Shown here: piece after piece, positions 13,231-25,855 of the stretch | How positions within the stretch are numbered: the stretch's first letter is position 1 | Layout: each line of letters begins with the position of its first letter | Assembly: GCF_026210795.1 (NCBI RefSeq) | Contig: NC_089432.1 | Coordinates: forward strand, 3,100,001 to 3,164,000 | Direction of reading: 5' to 3' | Source of the DNA: Rhizophagus irregularis | Lineage: Eukaryota | DNA length: 64,000 nucleotides | Made by a program: the position numbers and the translations under genes | Notes under the pieces: model-generated | What the model was told of the DNA's origin: nothing | The model's input: only the letters and a program-made list of their open reading frames with translations | The model's database searches: none

Positions 13231-13990
13231 CTAAAAAAAAAAAAGACCTAGAAAAAAAGAAGACGGTTTCTTAAAAAAAAGGGAAGACCGAAAGAAAGAA
13301 AAACCTGAAAATGAAGACCAAAAGAAAGAGGGAGAAGTCCTAAAAAGAAAGACCGAAAAAAAAGTGAAGACAAAAAAAAGACTTAGAAAAAAAAAAGATG
13401 GTGTCTTAAAAAAAGTGAAGACCGAAAGAAAGAAAAGACCAAAAATGAAAGACAAAAAGAGGGAGAAGTCCTAAAAAGAAAGACCAAAAAAAAAAGTGAG
13501 GTCTAAAAAGAAAAGACAAGACCGAAAGAAAGAAAAAACCGAAAATGAAAGATCAAAAAAAAAGAGGGAGAGGTCCTAAAAAGAAAGACTGAAAAAAAGT
13601 GAAGTCCTAAAAAGACAAAAAAAAAGACTTAGAAAAAATAAAGATGGTGTCTTAAAAAAAGTGAAAAAAGACCAAAAATGAAAGACAAAAAGAGGGAGAA
13701 GTCCTAAAAAGAAAGACCGAAAAAAAGTGAAGTCTAAAAAGAAAAGACAAAACCGAAAGAAAGAAAAAACCGAAAATGAAAGACCAAAAAAAAGAGGGAG
13801 AAGTCCTAAAAAGAAAGACCGAAAAAAAAGTGAAGTCTAAAAAAGACAGAGAAAAAAAAAAGATGGTGTCTTAAAAAAAGTGAAGACCGAAAGAAAGAAA
13901 AAACCAAAAATAAAAGACAAAAAGAGGGAGAAGTCCTAAAAAGAAAGACTGAAAAAAAAGTGAAGTCTAAAAAGAAAAGACTAAAGAAAT
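13231..13990 (+). repeat. Purine-rich tandem repeat with alternating ~130/~103-bp units
   Basis: Anchor gagggagaagtcctaaaaagaaagac at ~13328, 13459, 13564, 13692, 13794, 13924. Confidence 0.85.
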
Positions 13991-14060
13991 AATAAAGAGG
14001 AAGTAGGGTCTTTTATATATTTTTTTTGTTATCTGAATACCAAAAGATTCAAATCAAATC

Positions 14061-14093
14061 GGAATGACTCATAACTTATTTGGAATGACTCAT
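14061..14093. promoter_or_regulatory. Two direct copies of GGAATGACTCAT (Gcn4/Cpc1/AP-1-type site), 21 bp apart
   Basis: ggaatgactcat at 14061-14072 and 14082-14093; ATGACTCAT is the optimal Gcn4 site. Confidence 0.35.
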
Positions 14094-15661
14094 GTACTTT
14101 CAGATTTTTCTGAAACGCGAAAAACAATCTGATTAATAAGCTCAGAAGCTCAGATACGTGTAAATCACATAATTACCTGTCTTGATCACAATACTTACGA
14201 GCAGATATTGTTTATTGTTATTTTTACATAATACGAAATAAAATAAATAAAAAAATGATATAATTTTAAAAATCATGATCTAAGTATCTGTAATAAATGG
14301 GTTTTCATATTCTTTGGAATTTCAGAATTTCAAAATAAAAAAAAAATAAATTGTGATTTTTGTGATTGTTCAATAACAATAAAATAATAACAATACCTTA
14401 CAGCAGGGTCATGCTAAATTTGCCCGCAGTCAACCTAATCAAATTTATAAATGAATAATATAAATAATATAAGAAGGACTGAAGAGTAAAATAGAAGAAA
14501 GAAAGGGAAAAAAAGAAACTAGGACCACCATCTACCGCGTTGGACTAGAAATTAAAAAAGGAAACCATTATGTTTTATTACTACTAAGTGTAAGACTGAT
14601 TTCCATCATATTTATAGTATTTCAGGAATATGTAAATTTATACATGTGTCCAAAAGCAATAATGAAGTTCCTAGTTCAGAAAATAGAAGAATGTTTTACT
14701 TTAAGATTCGTAATATTGAATTTCAGTGGTATATATAGTTTTAAATGTAAAGATAATTTTAGTTTATATAAAAAATTTGGTTATTCGCAATGTATCGATC
14801 GTGAATTAGAGGCATTAGATTCTTCAGAGATTGCATAAACCTAATTTCATCTTGTATTTATACTAAATATTTTCTGGTTGAAAATTACAAAGAAAACGTA
14901 CAATTACTTGAAGGTAATAATTAAATTTTAAAATTTTACAAATCTGTTATTACATTATATACAATAAAATTTATTTTTTTTTTAATTTTTCTAGTTTATA
15001 ACCTAGGAAAAATGAAATTAGATACTATTACAATAAGGGTCAAAAATAGTCAGGATAAACTTATAAGAAAGTATAATAGAAATAATTTCTCGATCAGTAA
15101 GAACAAGCAACTATTCTGCTTTACACGAGAGCTTCAATCTGTCAAGTAAGTAATTCATGTATATTGCACATTAAATCTCGTATAAAAGTATTAAATAACT
15201 AAAATTTAATATGTTTATTTCTTAAGGTTATACTTTATGGAAAATGGTTTGGAAGCCACATCAAAGAAATTTGATAGCATTGAAAAAATTCACTTATTAG
15301 AATTCATTGAAGAAGATAAGAAACTAGTTGTAGTGGGTAGTATCTAAAAAGAGAAAAAACTGAAAATCATAATCTGGGACATGTATAATAATTTTAGAGA
15401 TATTGAAACAGCGATGGAATTAAAGAAAGATCTTGAGAAAGATAATCTTGATAATCTTACTACTCTTGCTACTCATCTAGCCAGAACTTCAGGAAATATT
15501 TTCCAAATTGATAATGATAAAAAAGTTTCATCGGTCCTTAAAGAGGTTAAAAAAAAAGAGGAAGAAGAGAAAAAGGAAAAATTAAATAAGGCTATAAGTC
15601 TAGAAAATGAATTACTTAAAAAATATGGTAAAAAATCAAATAGACAACCAGATATTAGTCA

Positions 15662-16294
15662 TAGGGATGGCAACGGTCACGGTCATTAACCGATTATGAC
15701 CGGTCATGACCGTGACCGATATCGGTCGGTCAAGACTTCTGACCGACCGTTTGACCGACCGTTTGACCGACCATTTGACCGATAACGTTTTCTCAACGTT
15801 TTTATTAGGGCAATTAAAAAAATGTACGAATTTTTAATTGTTTTAATAGAAAACGTTGCGAAAACGTTTTTTATTAATAATTTAATAAAAAAAAACGTTT
15901 TTCGCAAACGTTTTAATTATTTTAACAAAAAACGTTGCGAAAACGTTTTTTATTAGTAATTTAATTAAAAAAAGACGTTTTTGCAACGTTTTTTAATTAT
16001 TTTAACAAAAAACGTTGCGAAAACGTTTTTTATTAGTAATTAAATTAAAAAAACGTTTTTCGCAACGTTTTTTTAATTATGTTTTATTAAAAAAAAAGTT
16101 TTCGCACGTTTTTTAAATTGCCCTAATAAAAACGTTGCGAAAACGTTATCGGTCAAACGGTCGGTCAAACGGTCGGTCAAGCGGTCGGTCAAACGGTCAG
16201 CCATAGCGGTCGGTCAGAACGGTCGGTCGGTCAAAGGTTCTTGACCGGTTATGACCGACCGATGACCGACCATGACCGACCGTTGCCATCCCTA
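15662..16294 (+). mobile_element. Non-autonomous hAT MITE (633 bp)
   Basis: TIR TAGGGATGGCAACGGTC / GACCGTTGCCATCCCTA; exact 8-bp TSD ATTAGTCA (15654-15661, 16295-16302); GACCG/CGGTC subterminal repeats; AACGTT-rich quasi-palindromic core. Confidence 0.95.
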
Positions 16295-16544
16295 ATTAGT
16301 CACATTGTACATTACGAGAAAAAAGTTAATTTCGGACCAATAGTTACCGACAAAGAACCATGGGTGTCAAGTAGGGATGGGGAAGTTCCCAAAATGAGCG
16401 GTTCGAACCCAGTTTAGAATCAAGAACCGAACCGGACCTGAGAACCGGTTCGATTCTCTAGAACTGAACCCTCCGGTCTGAACCATTCGGTTCGGTTCGG
16501 TTCGATTTGTTAATACATGTGCCGATCAATAATTTGATCATAAA

Positions 16545-17505
16545 CATATGGGCCGATTTGGCTCATATCACTAATAAATAAAAGTGATAAATGTGAATTT
16601 GATCGACATGTCAATATACAAAAATAGTGAAAATAGTGATAATATCAAATAATGCATGATGACGTATATTTTGATTTTGCTTTTAAGCCAATTGTCAAAG
16701 ACTTCGCACGCTTGCAAAACTTGATTTCTCAATGTCAAAACCTGTCGGGAATTGGTTTGGAATTGGTTTTTTTTGGAAGGAATTTATTTTTTTTGGAAAT
16801 GGTAAGTGGTATTGTAAAATTATTTAATAGAAAGGTTATTTGGTAAAATGGCAAAAATAACTCTTATTGCGTTAGAAAAAAACAAAAATAATACGTTCCC
16901 ATATATTTATTAGAAACATTAAAGCTTTTAAAAAAAATCTTTTTATTATTGTAATTTTAATTCTTATTTATTTTATTACAGGTTTTTTTGGACGTTCTGT
17001 GTTATTTTATTTACTACCTTGATGAGATTATGTACCATATCTTTAAAGAGTTATAGCTATAGATAAACATGCTGAGTTTAGATAATTTTTGTATTATAAG
17101 AAAGAGTCTTGTTTGTCCTCTTAGAATATTAAAAATTATTTAAATTGGATTATAGGAAGCTTGGATAATAATTTTTGAGCATATTATAACATTTATTTAT
17201 AGTTTTCGTGATTTCTTGGTCTCCTGTTATTCATTTTGAACAATTTTACTTTATAAAAATAGATATAATGATTGTTTTCAAGTGGTTTATAAAATAATTC
17301 TATTTATTATGAAATTTGTGTGATTAAAATTATAAAATTTTTTTTCTTTGAATTCTTTTAACGAAATTTTTTTAAAGTTCGTATTTATTGATCACTACGC
17401 ACGTGAAATTTGACCAATAAACGGACTTTAGCTATGGTGATAAATGTGACAATGATCGACAACCCACAGGTGACATAATTGAAGTGAGACAAATCGGCCC
17501 ATATG
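16545..17505. mobile_element. Candidate non-coding TIR element nested in the hAT 5' region (~960 bp)
   Basis: CATATGGGCCGATTTGGCTCA (16545-16565) is the inverse of TGAGACAAATCGGCCCATATG (17485-17505), 20/21 match; TSD ambiguous (TA or ATAT). Confidence 0.5.
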
Positions 17506-18180
17506 ATTTATTATAGTTATCCTATAAAAAATTTTATCCGTTATTTCTGTAAAAATTCTGTAAAAATGAGCCTTTTACGGATCCAATGATCCATTCACTG
17601 AAAATGTAAATAACTCGATAAATTCCGGGATATAAGGTTATTATTACGTTATTTTGTATCACGCCGGAATTACATAAAATCGAACAATATGTAAGTAATG
17701 TAAATCTTATAGTTTATTTGATTACATAATCATTATATTTACGTTGATCCGATACATACTTTATTATATTTTTGCTATATATTTTTATATGTATTCGTTA
17801 TTAATAAATATAACACTAAATAAATAATTTTAAATAATTTATAAAAACATTTGAGTATTTGAACTTAATTTATGAAATTAATTCTATCATACGTACAAAC
17901 AGTACAAAAAATTATATAAAAATATCTATAAAAATATAAACGGAATTATCCGTGAGAAATTGATTTTATCATGAAGATTGAATTCTAACTATGACAAAAT
18001 TCCGGATCATAATTCACAAAAAAGTAAAAATTGATAATATATATTAATATAAACAATGTGATGTTTAACCTAAAAAAGAATCTACTTTCCTTGTGTAATA
18101 GCCGATAACTGGATTATTCATAAATAAATACTGATGATCTAAGAATAATATTCTCTTTTCGGAATGGATGTTCTGAAAGA

Positions 18181-19836
18181 ATGTCAAGCGATGAAGAATT
18201 CAACCCCGACCAAGAAAATCTAGAAGAATATGACACTGAAGAGTGGAAAGGTTCTGAGGAGCAAATTTGTTCAGAACTTAGTGATTTGGACATATCAAAT
18301 ACGTTAGGAAGTACTGTATGATTATACTTTGATAAGAACCCATCATACGCACCAGGCTATAATGTCTGTAAAAAGTGTTCATATAGATATAAAATAACAA
18401 CGGGTGTTAGTACTTTACGAAAACATCTTAATAAACACCAATTACGAGCACCTATGAAGAAATATCAAGTCTTGACTAAAAAAGGCATTCCTTTCAACTA
18501 TGATGAACAAAAAATTCACGATAAATACCTTACCAATTGGTTGATATGTGATCTCCAGCCCTTTACTACCGGAACAAATATTGCACAAGAAATAAAGCGT
18601 ACCTTGGAGGAGTTCAATATTTTTGATAGAATTATCACGCTCACAACAGATAATGAGTCCACTATGATAGTTTGTGGAAGAGAGATAGCTTTAACTATAG
18701 AAGATGAAATTTCTTCCATGACTTTTTCTCATTGCCGATGCGCCGCGCATGTCCTAAATTTGGGCGTACAGGAAGGATTAAAACTTATTGATGATTCTGT
18801 TAAAAAAGCGCGTAAACTTATGAAGAGTATCAAAAATTCAACTCGCTTGTGTGATGAGCTTCATCTCCTATGTGATTTAAAGAATATGAAATACCTTAAA
18901 CCTCTTATTGATATAGTTACTCGCTGGAACTCGACCTTTTATATGCTAAGACGGTTGGAAGTACTTAAACCAGCATTAGTCTTACTGGTAGCTGATAATC
19001 GATCAATCAGTATCTATTATCCAAATGATGATGACTGGATTGCTATCAAAGTAAATAAAAACATTTAAATAATAAAATAATTTTTATTCAATTTTCTAAT
19101 ATTACTTCCTTTACCTTTAAACTAGGATACACTCTTACTTCTTGAACCCCTGGAAAGAGCTACCAAGTATTTATCTGCATCTTCCTATCCAACTATAGGA
19201 GAAACTCATTTTATTTTTTCAGGAATCCAAGCACATTTAATAAAATATATAGAAAAGGAAACTTTTACTCAACGTGATATGGCATCTTCAATATATAGGA
19301 AAATTCGACAATATTGGATGATTATGGACGAATCTTCAATAATTTCTGCAATTGTAGACCCTCGAAATAAACTTACAGTCTTCCCAGAAGAATCAAGGTT
19401 GAATGCTCTCAGGCATATCCAAGACATATACAAGATTTACAAAGAGCAATTCACACCTATGAATATAGTGCAATATGCTTCTAATAGCAAACGCCAGTAT
19501 TTTTTACTACTCCAACAAGAAAATGAAGTAGACCGAATTAATGAAGAAATGTTTACTTCAACAATAGAATTGGAAGAACTGGATCATTATCTCCAATTAC
19601 CAGTTGATGTGGGAACTGACCCTCTTATGTGGTGGCAAGCGCATTATAATGAATTTCCAGTTTTATGTAATATTGCGCGAGATTTTCTCCCTATTCAAGC
19701 AACTAGCGTTGCATCAGAGCAAGCATTTTCGGTTGCTGGAAACACAATTACTAAAACCCGAAATCGTTTGTTACCAGAGACAGCAAGAGCATGTCTGTGT
19801 GTGAAAAGTTGGATGGATAAGGGTTTGATTGAATAA
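18181..19836 (+). pseudogene. hAT transposase (BED finger, RNaseH-like core, C-terminal dimerisation domain); exons 18181-19050, 19126-19836; premature stop and internal deletion
   Basis: CKKC...TLRKHLNKH BED finger with TGA at 18319-18321; TTDNES, CAAHVLNL, TRWNSTFYML, SYPT, PLMWW, ATSVASEQAFS motifs. Confidence 0.92.
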
Positions 19837-22557
19837 TAATTAGTAATTTTTATATTGAATAATGCTTAAAAAAAAACATTATATTAATAAATAATGGAAA
19901 GAACAATATAATTGTATATTTGTATTCTTGGGAGGTGTGATTTAGGTTTTAGTGAGAAAAAGGTTATAAAAAACTTTTTCTTTTTAATTGTTGAAGTACA
20001 TTTACAGTAATTTTATTAATACTGCAATAAACGTTTTAATTTTAGCTTTATACATTTTTCTCAAAAAAAAAATTCGCGTTTATTTAATATTCAATTATTT
20101 ATAAAGTGCACAAAAGAAACTAACCTTAAAAAATTAAAATCAAGGTTTCGCATACACTAGAGACCAATTAAACTGCGATATTAACAAACAAGTTGTGGCT
20201 TGTCAGATGATCAGATGACATACCGTTAATTATTTAAAATTCAAACTGACCTGAAGAACTGAACCGCTCAGAACCACTTTTTTGAACGAACTGGTTCAAA
20301 ACCGGTTAAACCGCTTTGCAGAACCAGAACCGAACTGATAGAACCGTCCCCATCCCTAGTGTCAAGTGATTACGAAAGAAATTCTTATTGCCTTTATCAT
20401 AACCAAAAAGGGACAGAAGTAGAAACTTTACAACTTATTGTTGGTAGGTCCACTGTTCAAATTTGGCATCAAATCCAAGATGGTAATAAAAACAAAGATA
20501 GTCTTCCTAACGAAGGAAAACCATTTCTTGAATATATATGGATAAATGGTATTCCTGTAAATCAAGAAAGAGAAAAGACAAGAATACGGATTGAAGAATT
20601 TAAATATAGTAGTAAATTAAATGATTTTAAATTAAATGATTTTTGTTTGAAAGTTTATTGGTATGAAAAAGTTTCAAAGGACAGGAGTAAAGATGAACTA
20701 GATAACTCAAAATAGAAAAAGATGATATTGAAATTATTAGAATGGAAAAGGAGAGAACGGAAAAGAAAAAAGGTAGCGAAGTGATACTGTAATTGAAATG
20801 GAAAAAATTATTCGACAGCAAGATATTTTTGATAAAGCTAGTGCAGTTAGACATATGTGTAAAGCATTGGAATTTATTAATAAACGTAAGAAATTTCTTG
20901 TAAATTACACTAAAGAACATTTCATAAGTGCTTACTATTTATTTTACGAATTCGATATATTTCTTAACAAAAAACTGGATTAACATATTTTCCTACTTTT
21001 TTTTTAATTGTATAATATGGAGATTTATCAAATAACGCAATGTTATGAAAAATTTGGTTCTTGGTAATTGTGATCATTTGATAAAATTTATATTATTTGG
21101 AAATGATGATGATGTTAATAAAGCCAATAAGTTACATATACCAAAAAAACATTTTGGAAAAAGAAGGAGGCTAAAATTCACAACACCAAAGAGCATGAAA
21201 TAAAGAATGTTTTGGAATTAGCAATCTATTATTGTATAAGCAAGTATTGATTAATTAATAATTTTTAAGCATTATCGGTTATATATCATTAAGTGGATTA
21301 ATTAATTATTTTTTATTTTTACAATTTAGGTCGTGAAATTAAAGGTACTATTATTGTTGTTACCTTTTGGAATATTATTCTAGACATGCAACAGATTATG
21401 CAAGTTGGATGAGTACTGTTTCTAAGATGCTTCCTCTATTATTTAAATACAATTATGGTTCATTATTTTAATTCTTTTAAGATTTGGAAAGGATTCGATT
21501 TACATGTAATTTTTTTATTTATAGATGATTATATCAGAAAATTGTTTTGTAAAAGAATGTTTTGCAAATCAAAATTACCTTTCAATACAAAAACACAATA
21601 TTATTATTCCAGTAAAATATCAAGAAAGGAATAGTTAAATTTAGAGCGTTTGAAGTCAATTTACCTTCTAACAAAATTAAATGGTACAGTATGATTTGGG
21701 AAACATACAAATCTATTACGAATACAATATATAAAAAATTAGAAGACTTGGTCAATAAAGATGTTGAAAGCCACCATTAGCTTTACGAGTAGTTCCACTT
21801 CCTGAATTTACTATAAACAATCGTGCTTCACAACAGAATAAACTGGGGAGAGGTTATTTTATTTTAAATCTTTTTTTGTCCTTATTCATACCACGATGGT
21901 ACAGCATTAGTTGGAAAGAAAAGAATAAGTTGAGCCCCTTTGCTAGTGTTCAACTATCTTTGACAAATTTCAAGTTTTTTGCATTCTTTTTATTTTTAAT
22001 ATACTAATTTTTAGCTAAAATCCAACTCAAAAAACAAAAAGCATTTGAAAAAATATTTTAATAAAGTAAATAAACACTTAGAGACTGACAAGAAGTTATA
22101 TATTCAATATTTAGTTTGAAGATTATTTTGTATAAATACGATGTTACATTTTACCTGGAATTTTCAAATTTAACCAATTTTAGGTCAGAATTAAGAAAAT
22201 TTCAGCCAGAATTATGGATTTGAAAATCATTAATTTAGACAATTAAACAAGTTTAGATTGATTTTAAACTTTACAAATGTATTATATATTGGAAGAGGGT
22301 GCTATTGACCATAATAAAGTGAATTAGGAGATTACATGAGCAATGATCGCTATTTGGATATTTCGGCTAACTACACTATTATTTAAAAAAAGTGTATTTA
22401 GCCAAAAATATTCAGCCAAAAATAGTAGATGTTGACCCAATAAAATATTTAAGATCAACATGAATTTTTTTCAGCTGGGTGTTGTTAGCCGAAAATTTAC
22501 TCTGAATTTTTTGGCTAACTACACCATTATACTAAAGATCATAGATGAAAAAACATT

Positions 22558-22772
22558 ATTATTATTAAGTTAAATTACCTCATGAATAATTTGATGTTGT
22601 CAAAGATTTTAATGCGAATTGTTTTCTGTTTTTTACAAATTTGCACGATAAATTTTTGTAAAACCTCCGGTACCATATTGTTAAATTGTAATTGTTTGTA
22701 TTCATAAAATTTGAAATATTCTTTATTGACAGCTTAACCCATTCATTTGTATACTCTGTATCTTGCATTTTG
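22558..22772 (-). pseudogene. Kinase exon-1 relic (same TKL family)
   Basis: MQDTEYTNEWV...KNRKQFALKSL resembles the NEWINWIEE...ALKSF start of the intact kinases; frameshifted. Confidence 0.55.
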
Positions 22773-23284
22773 ATATTATTATCAATAAATATCAAACATA
22801 TTGAATAATAACAGGTTTGACGAAAAATAAAAAAACCAATGAAAAGTTGCACATCATCATATACAATGACGTCATGAGATTTGTTTATGGAATGATTTTT
22901 GTTCAAGGTCGAACGCCGATTTCTAAATATTACGCAAAAAATTTATCGTTATATCGATAAAGTAATCTATTTTTTTAATATAAAATAATCTGGATGTTGC
23001 GTAATATAATCTTCCTTGGTTTAATCTTCGTATAGATAAATTTGCAATTTATATCTAAAAAAACTCTGACGAATCAAACATTGATCCAACAATAAACATA
23101 CTAAAAGAAGGTAAATACGTTATGATTAGGTAATTAAAAGCTACAATATAATCATATTTGATATTGTTGCGTGTTGATATCATTTATACTTATATAAAAA
23201 GCTTGTACAACAAAAAAATAATATTTATACAGTCTTTTTCTTTTTTTTTTAATACACCCATCTCTTTCACTCCTCCTTTAGACA

Positions 23285-23440
23285 CAACTAAATACTTTTT
23301 TTATAAATACTTTCTTTTCAATTAAATATCTAATTAGTACCTTTTTTTACGTGCAAATAAATACCTTTTTTTTCACACGTGAATAAATACTTTTTTTCTC
23401 ACACGTATATAAATACTTTTTTTTCATGCGTAAATAAATA
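23285..23440 (+). repeat. Imperfect ~25-30-bp tandem repeat (AAATAC-Tn-CACGT-like)
   Basis: Recurrent aaatacttttttt...acgt units. Confidence 0.5.
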
Positions 23441-25855
23441 TTAAGGCGGAAAAAATATATATATCAACATCAAGAACTGTATTTACTTGCGGAACTGCCT
23501 TTAGATAACATATGGGTATGAGTTTCACTAGCTATTGGAAACTTGTTTTGTAAGTGAAAAACCATGCACTCCAACTACTCTTTTCAGTTTAGATGCTTTG
23601 TGGTTCTTTTTTACATGTTTTCTGCTGTCTATCACACATTTGATTCTTTCAATTTTTTAGGCAGATCAACTGAAACGGTACATTTAAAATAATGCCAAAT
23701 TTGGTATCTATTTGTGATAGAGGACAAGCTAACACTAAATGAGGCTGGGTCATATCATTAAATGGTGTATAAATAACAGTTGCTGGATGGAAGTACGAGT
23801 ACGTGTTCACCGGATGAGGGATCGCAGAAAGTCTTCCGGATGGTGGATTGTTATGATTGACATAGAGGTTTATGTGCTTGTAGTATGTACCATTTGCTAC
23901 TGGCTAGTAGTCATCTGCTTTGTGCACAAGTCGTAGCTACAATGACGCCACATAGGTGATCCCTAAGCCGATCCATATGGGAGGGTAGGCCGTGGTGCCC
24001 GTGTAAATGATACATATTTCTATGCCATGACTCATGACATTTACTTAGTTGTTATTATTAAATACTATATGAGATTGCCATAGATCCTATGATGGCCACA
24101 TAGGTGTCCTGGGGTTCCCTGCTTATGCATAGTTAACATGGTGGTAAATCTTATATGGTATTAGGTGATAGTGACTAAAAATTTTGAAAATTTTGTAGGG
24201 CGTATATCAATTCATTTTGTCCTTATCTCTGAAAATATGAGATAAATCTGCATTATGAAATTTCTGAATTGGAGTAGGACGAATATTGAAGTCAAGATAA
24301 TAATTTCAATTTTTTCAATATTTAAATTACATGATAAGGAAAAATATATATTGATTACGAATCGATAGGACTCTGAATAATTCATATAAGTTTCCATCAA
24401 TGCTGATATTTTGAATGTACAGTACAAAATAATATTTATCGTAATTTAAGATCTGCAATTAGATTAAAACTTTTATCAATTTGTTATTTATTTAGTTCTG
24501 ATGTATTTCAGGTTCTTTTGCAATGCAAGTTAATGGCTACACCAAATTTTTTGGAAGAATGTTAATTTTAATATTGTATATAAACATAAAGCAGATAAAA
24601 AAGAAATTTTTACAATATATTTTATTTGTTTCACAATTTTCTAACGATCTCTTATGGAGTGGTTACCAAATAAAACAAATAGGAAATTTATTACAAGTAG
24701 AAATAAATTTAGTACTGATCTACCTTTTTTAAAGGCACAAATCGGACTCAAACTCGTAATACAACGCTAAGAAATTGAAGAATGATAAGTTATAGTAGTA
24801 TTGCTTTACTTGTGAAAGATTTTAAAAGGATAAAGATATTAATTTAAGAATAATAAAGAGTTCGTACTCATTGGCAAAGTTTCAATTGATTTGATTAAAC
24901 TTGATCTTTAAGTACATCAAATTTTTTTAATTATCTTAGTAAATATGTGATACATAAAAAGAGTAAATAAGGAGTTAACTAATTGTAACTGAATGTGTTC
25001 AAGGCTCACTTTTGTATGGATTCTATACAAACATATCGTAATTGTCATAATTATCATAAATATATTGTGGATTTAAACTGAAATCCTGAACGTTTCATCC
25101 TAAATTTAATATTCAATAAAAAAAATTTAAAATGCAAGTGACTAGAACTTAGACTAGAATTGAACTTGCCAAAAAACAGACATGCTCTCACCAGGATAAG
25201 ATTTAAAATCTGTTTGCTTCATCTTTAAACACATAGGAAAGAAACACTTTAAAATATGAAAGAATCTAACTAGAGCGAGCTATGACTTTAAACACCAATC
25301 GGCAAACACAGAGGGACCAGCCAGAAGACAAGGGCATATGCTATGTATGGTTTACTACGTATCTAATAAATCAAGGTTGTCGACAATCACATATGGTCTA
25401 GAAAGTACAACATCTTCATTATACTAGAGACCAGATGTAAAACCTAGACATCACCAGAAATAATGGGCGTTTTTACTAATAAAACTCCAAGAAACTAAAA
25501 ACCATGTAATTTTAGCTTTATTTATATCAGGAGAAAATTTTGAAACCCATAAAATCTAGTTATAGATAATAAATAGGAATGGGCTATAACTGTAAAAGAC
25601 TTTTGACCAACCAATCAGTTTGACCGATCACCTGACTGACTATTTGACTGACTATTTGATTGGCTATTTGACCAATCATTTTAAGCAATGATTGTAATTT
25701 AAGTTACGCTGAAAAAAATTTTTGATTTTGATTAACTAAAATAAGTGATCACATGACAGGTCTCGTGTGATACAGGAGAAATTCTCACGCAAATAATTTC
25801 ACTTTGCGCTATGTCTATCACTTTATTCTGTTTCATCAAAAATAATACGCTTTCT

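Larger units (their letters stand above)
16372..20358 (+). mobile_element. hAT DNA transposon (3987 bp), defective
   Basis: TIR TAGGGATGGGGA / TCCCCATCCCTA; exact 8-bp TSD GTGTCAAG (16364-16371, 20359-20366); GAACCG subterminal arrays; internal transposase. Confidence 0.96.
14520..21950 (+). pseudogene. Large multi-exon gene (probably Glomeromycotina TRP-channel-like family, N-terminal region), split by two hAT insertions and truncated
   Basis: Spliced pieces RFVILNFSGIY, YFLVENYKENVQLLE|VYNL, LYFMENGLEATSKKF, IIIWDMYN, IVTDKEPWV, LQLIVGRSTVQIW, FLEYIW, ALRVVPLPEFT, FIPRWY...LSPFA; independent stops/frameshifts (~15345, ~20713); family name is from recollection. Confidence 0.65.

Noticed and set aside
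13231..13455. Phe-rich minus-strand ORF
   Set aside because: Reverse translation of the A-rich tandem repeat
25570..25685. Degenerate third copy of the TAGGGATGG MITE
   Set aside because: Only eroded GACCG/GACTG motifs; no clear TIR pair or TSD
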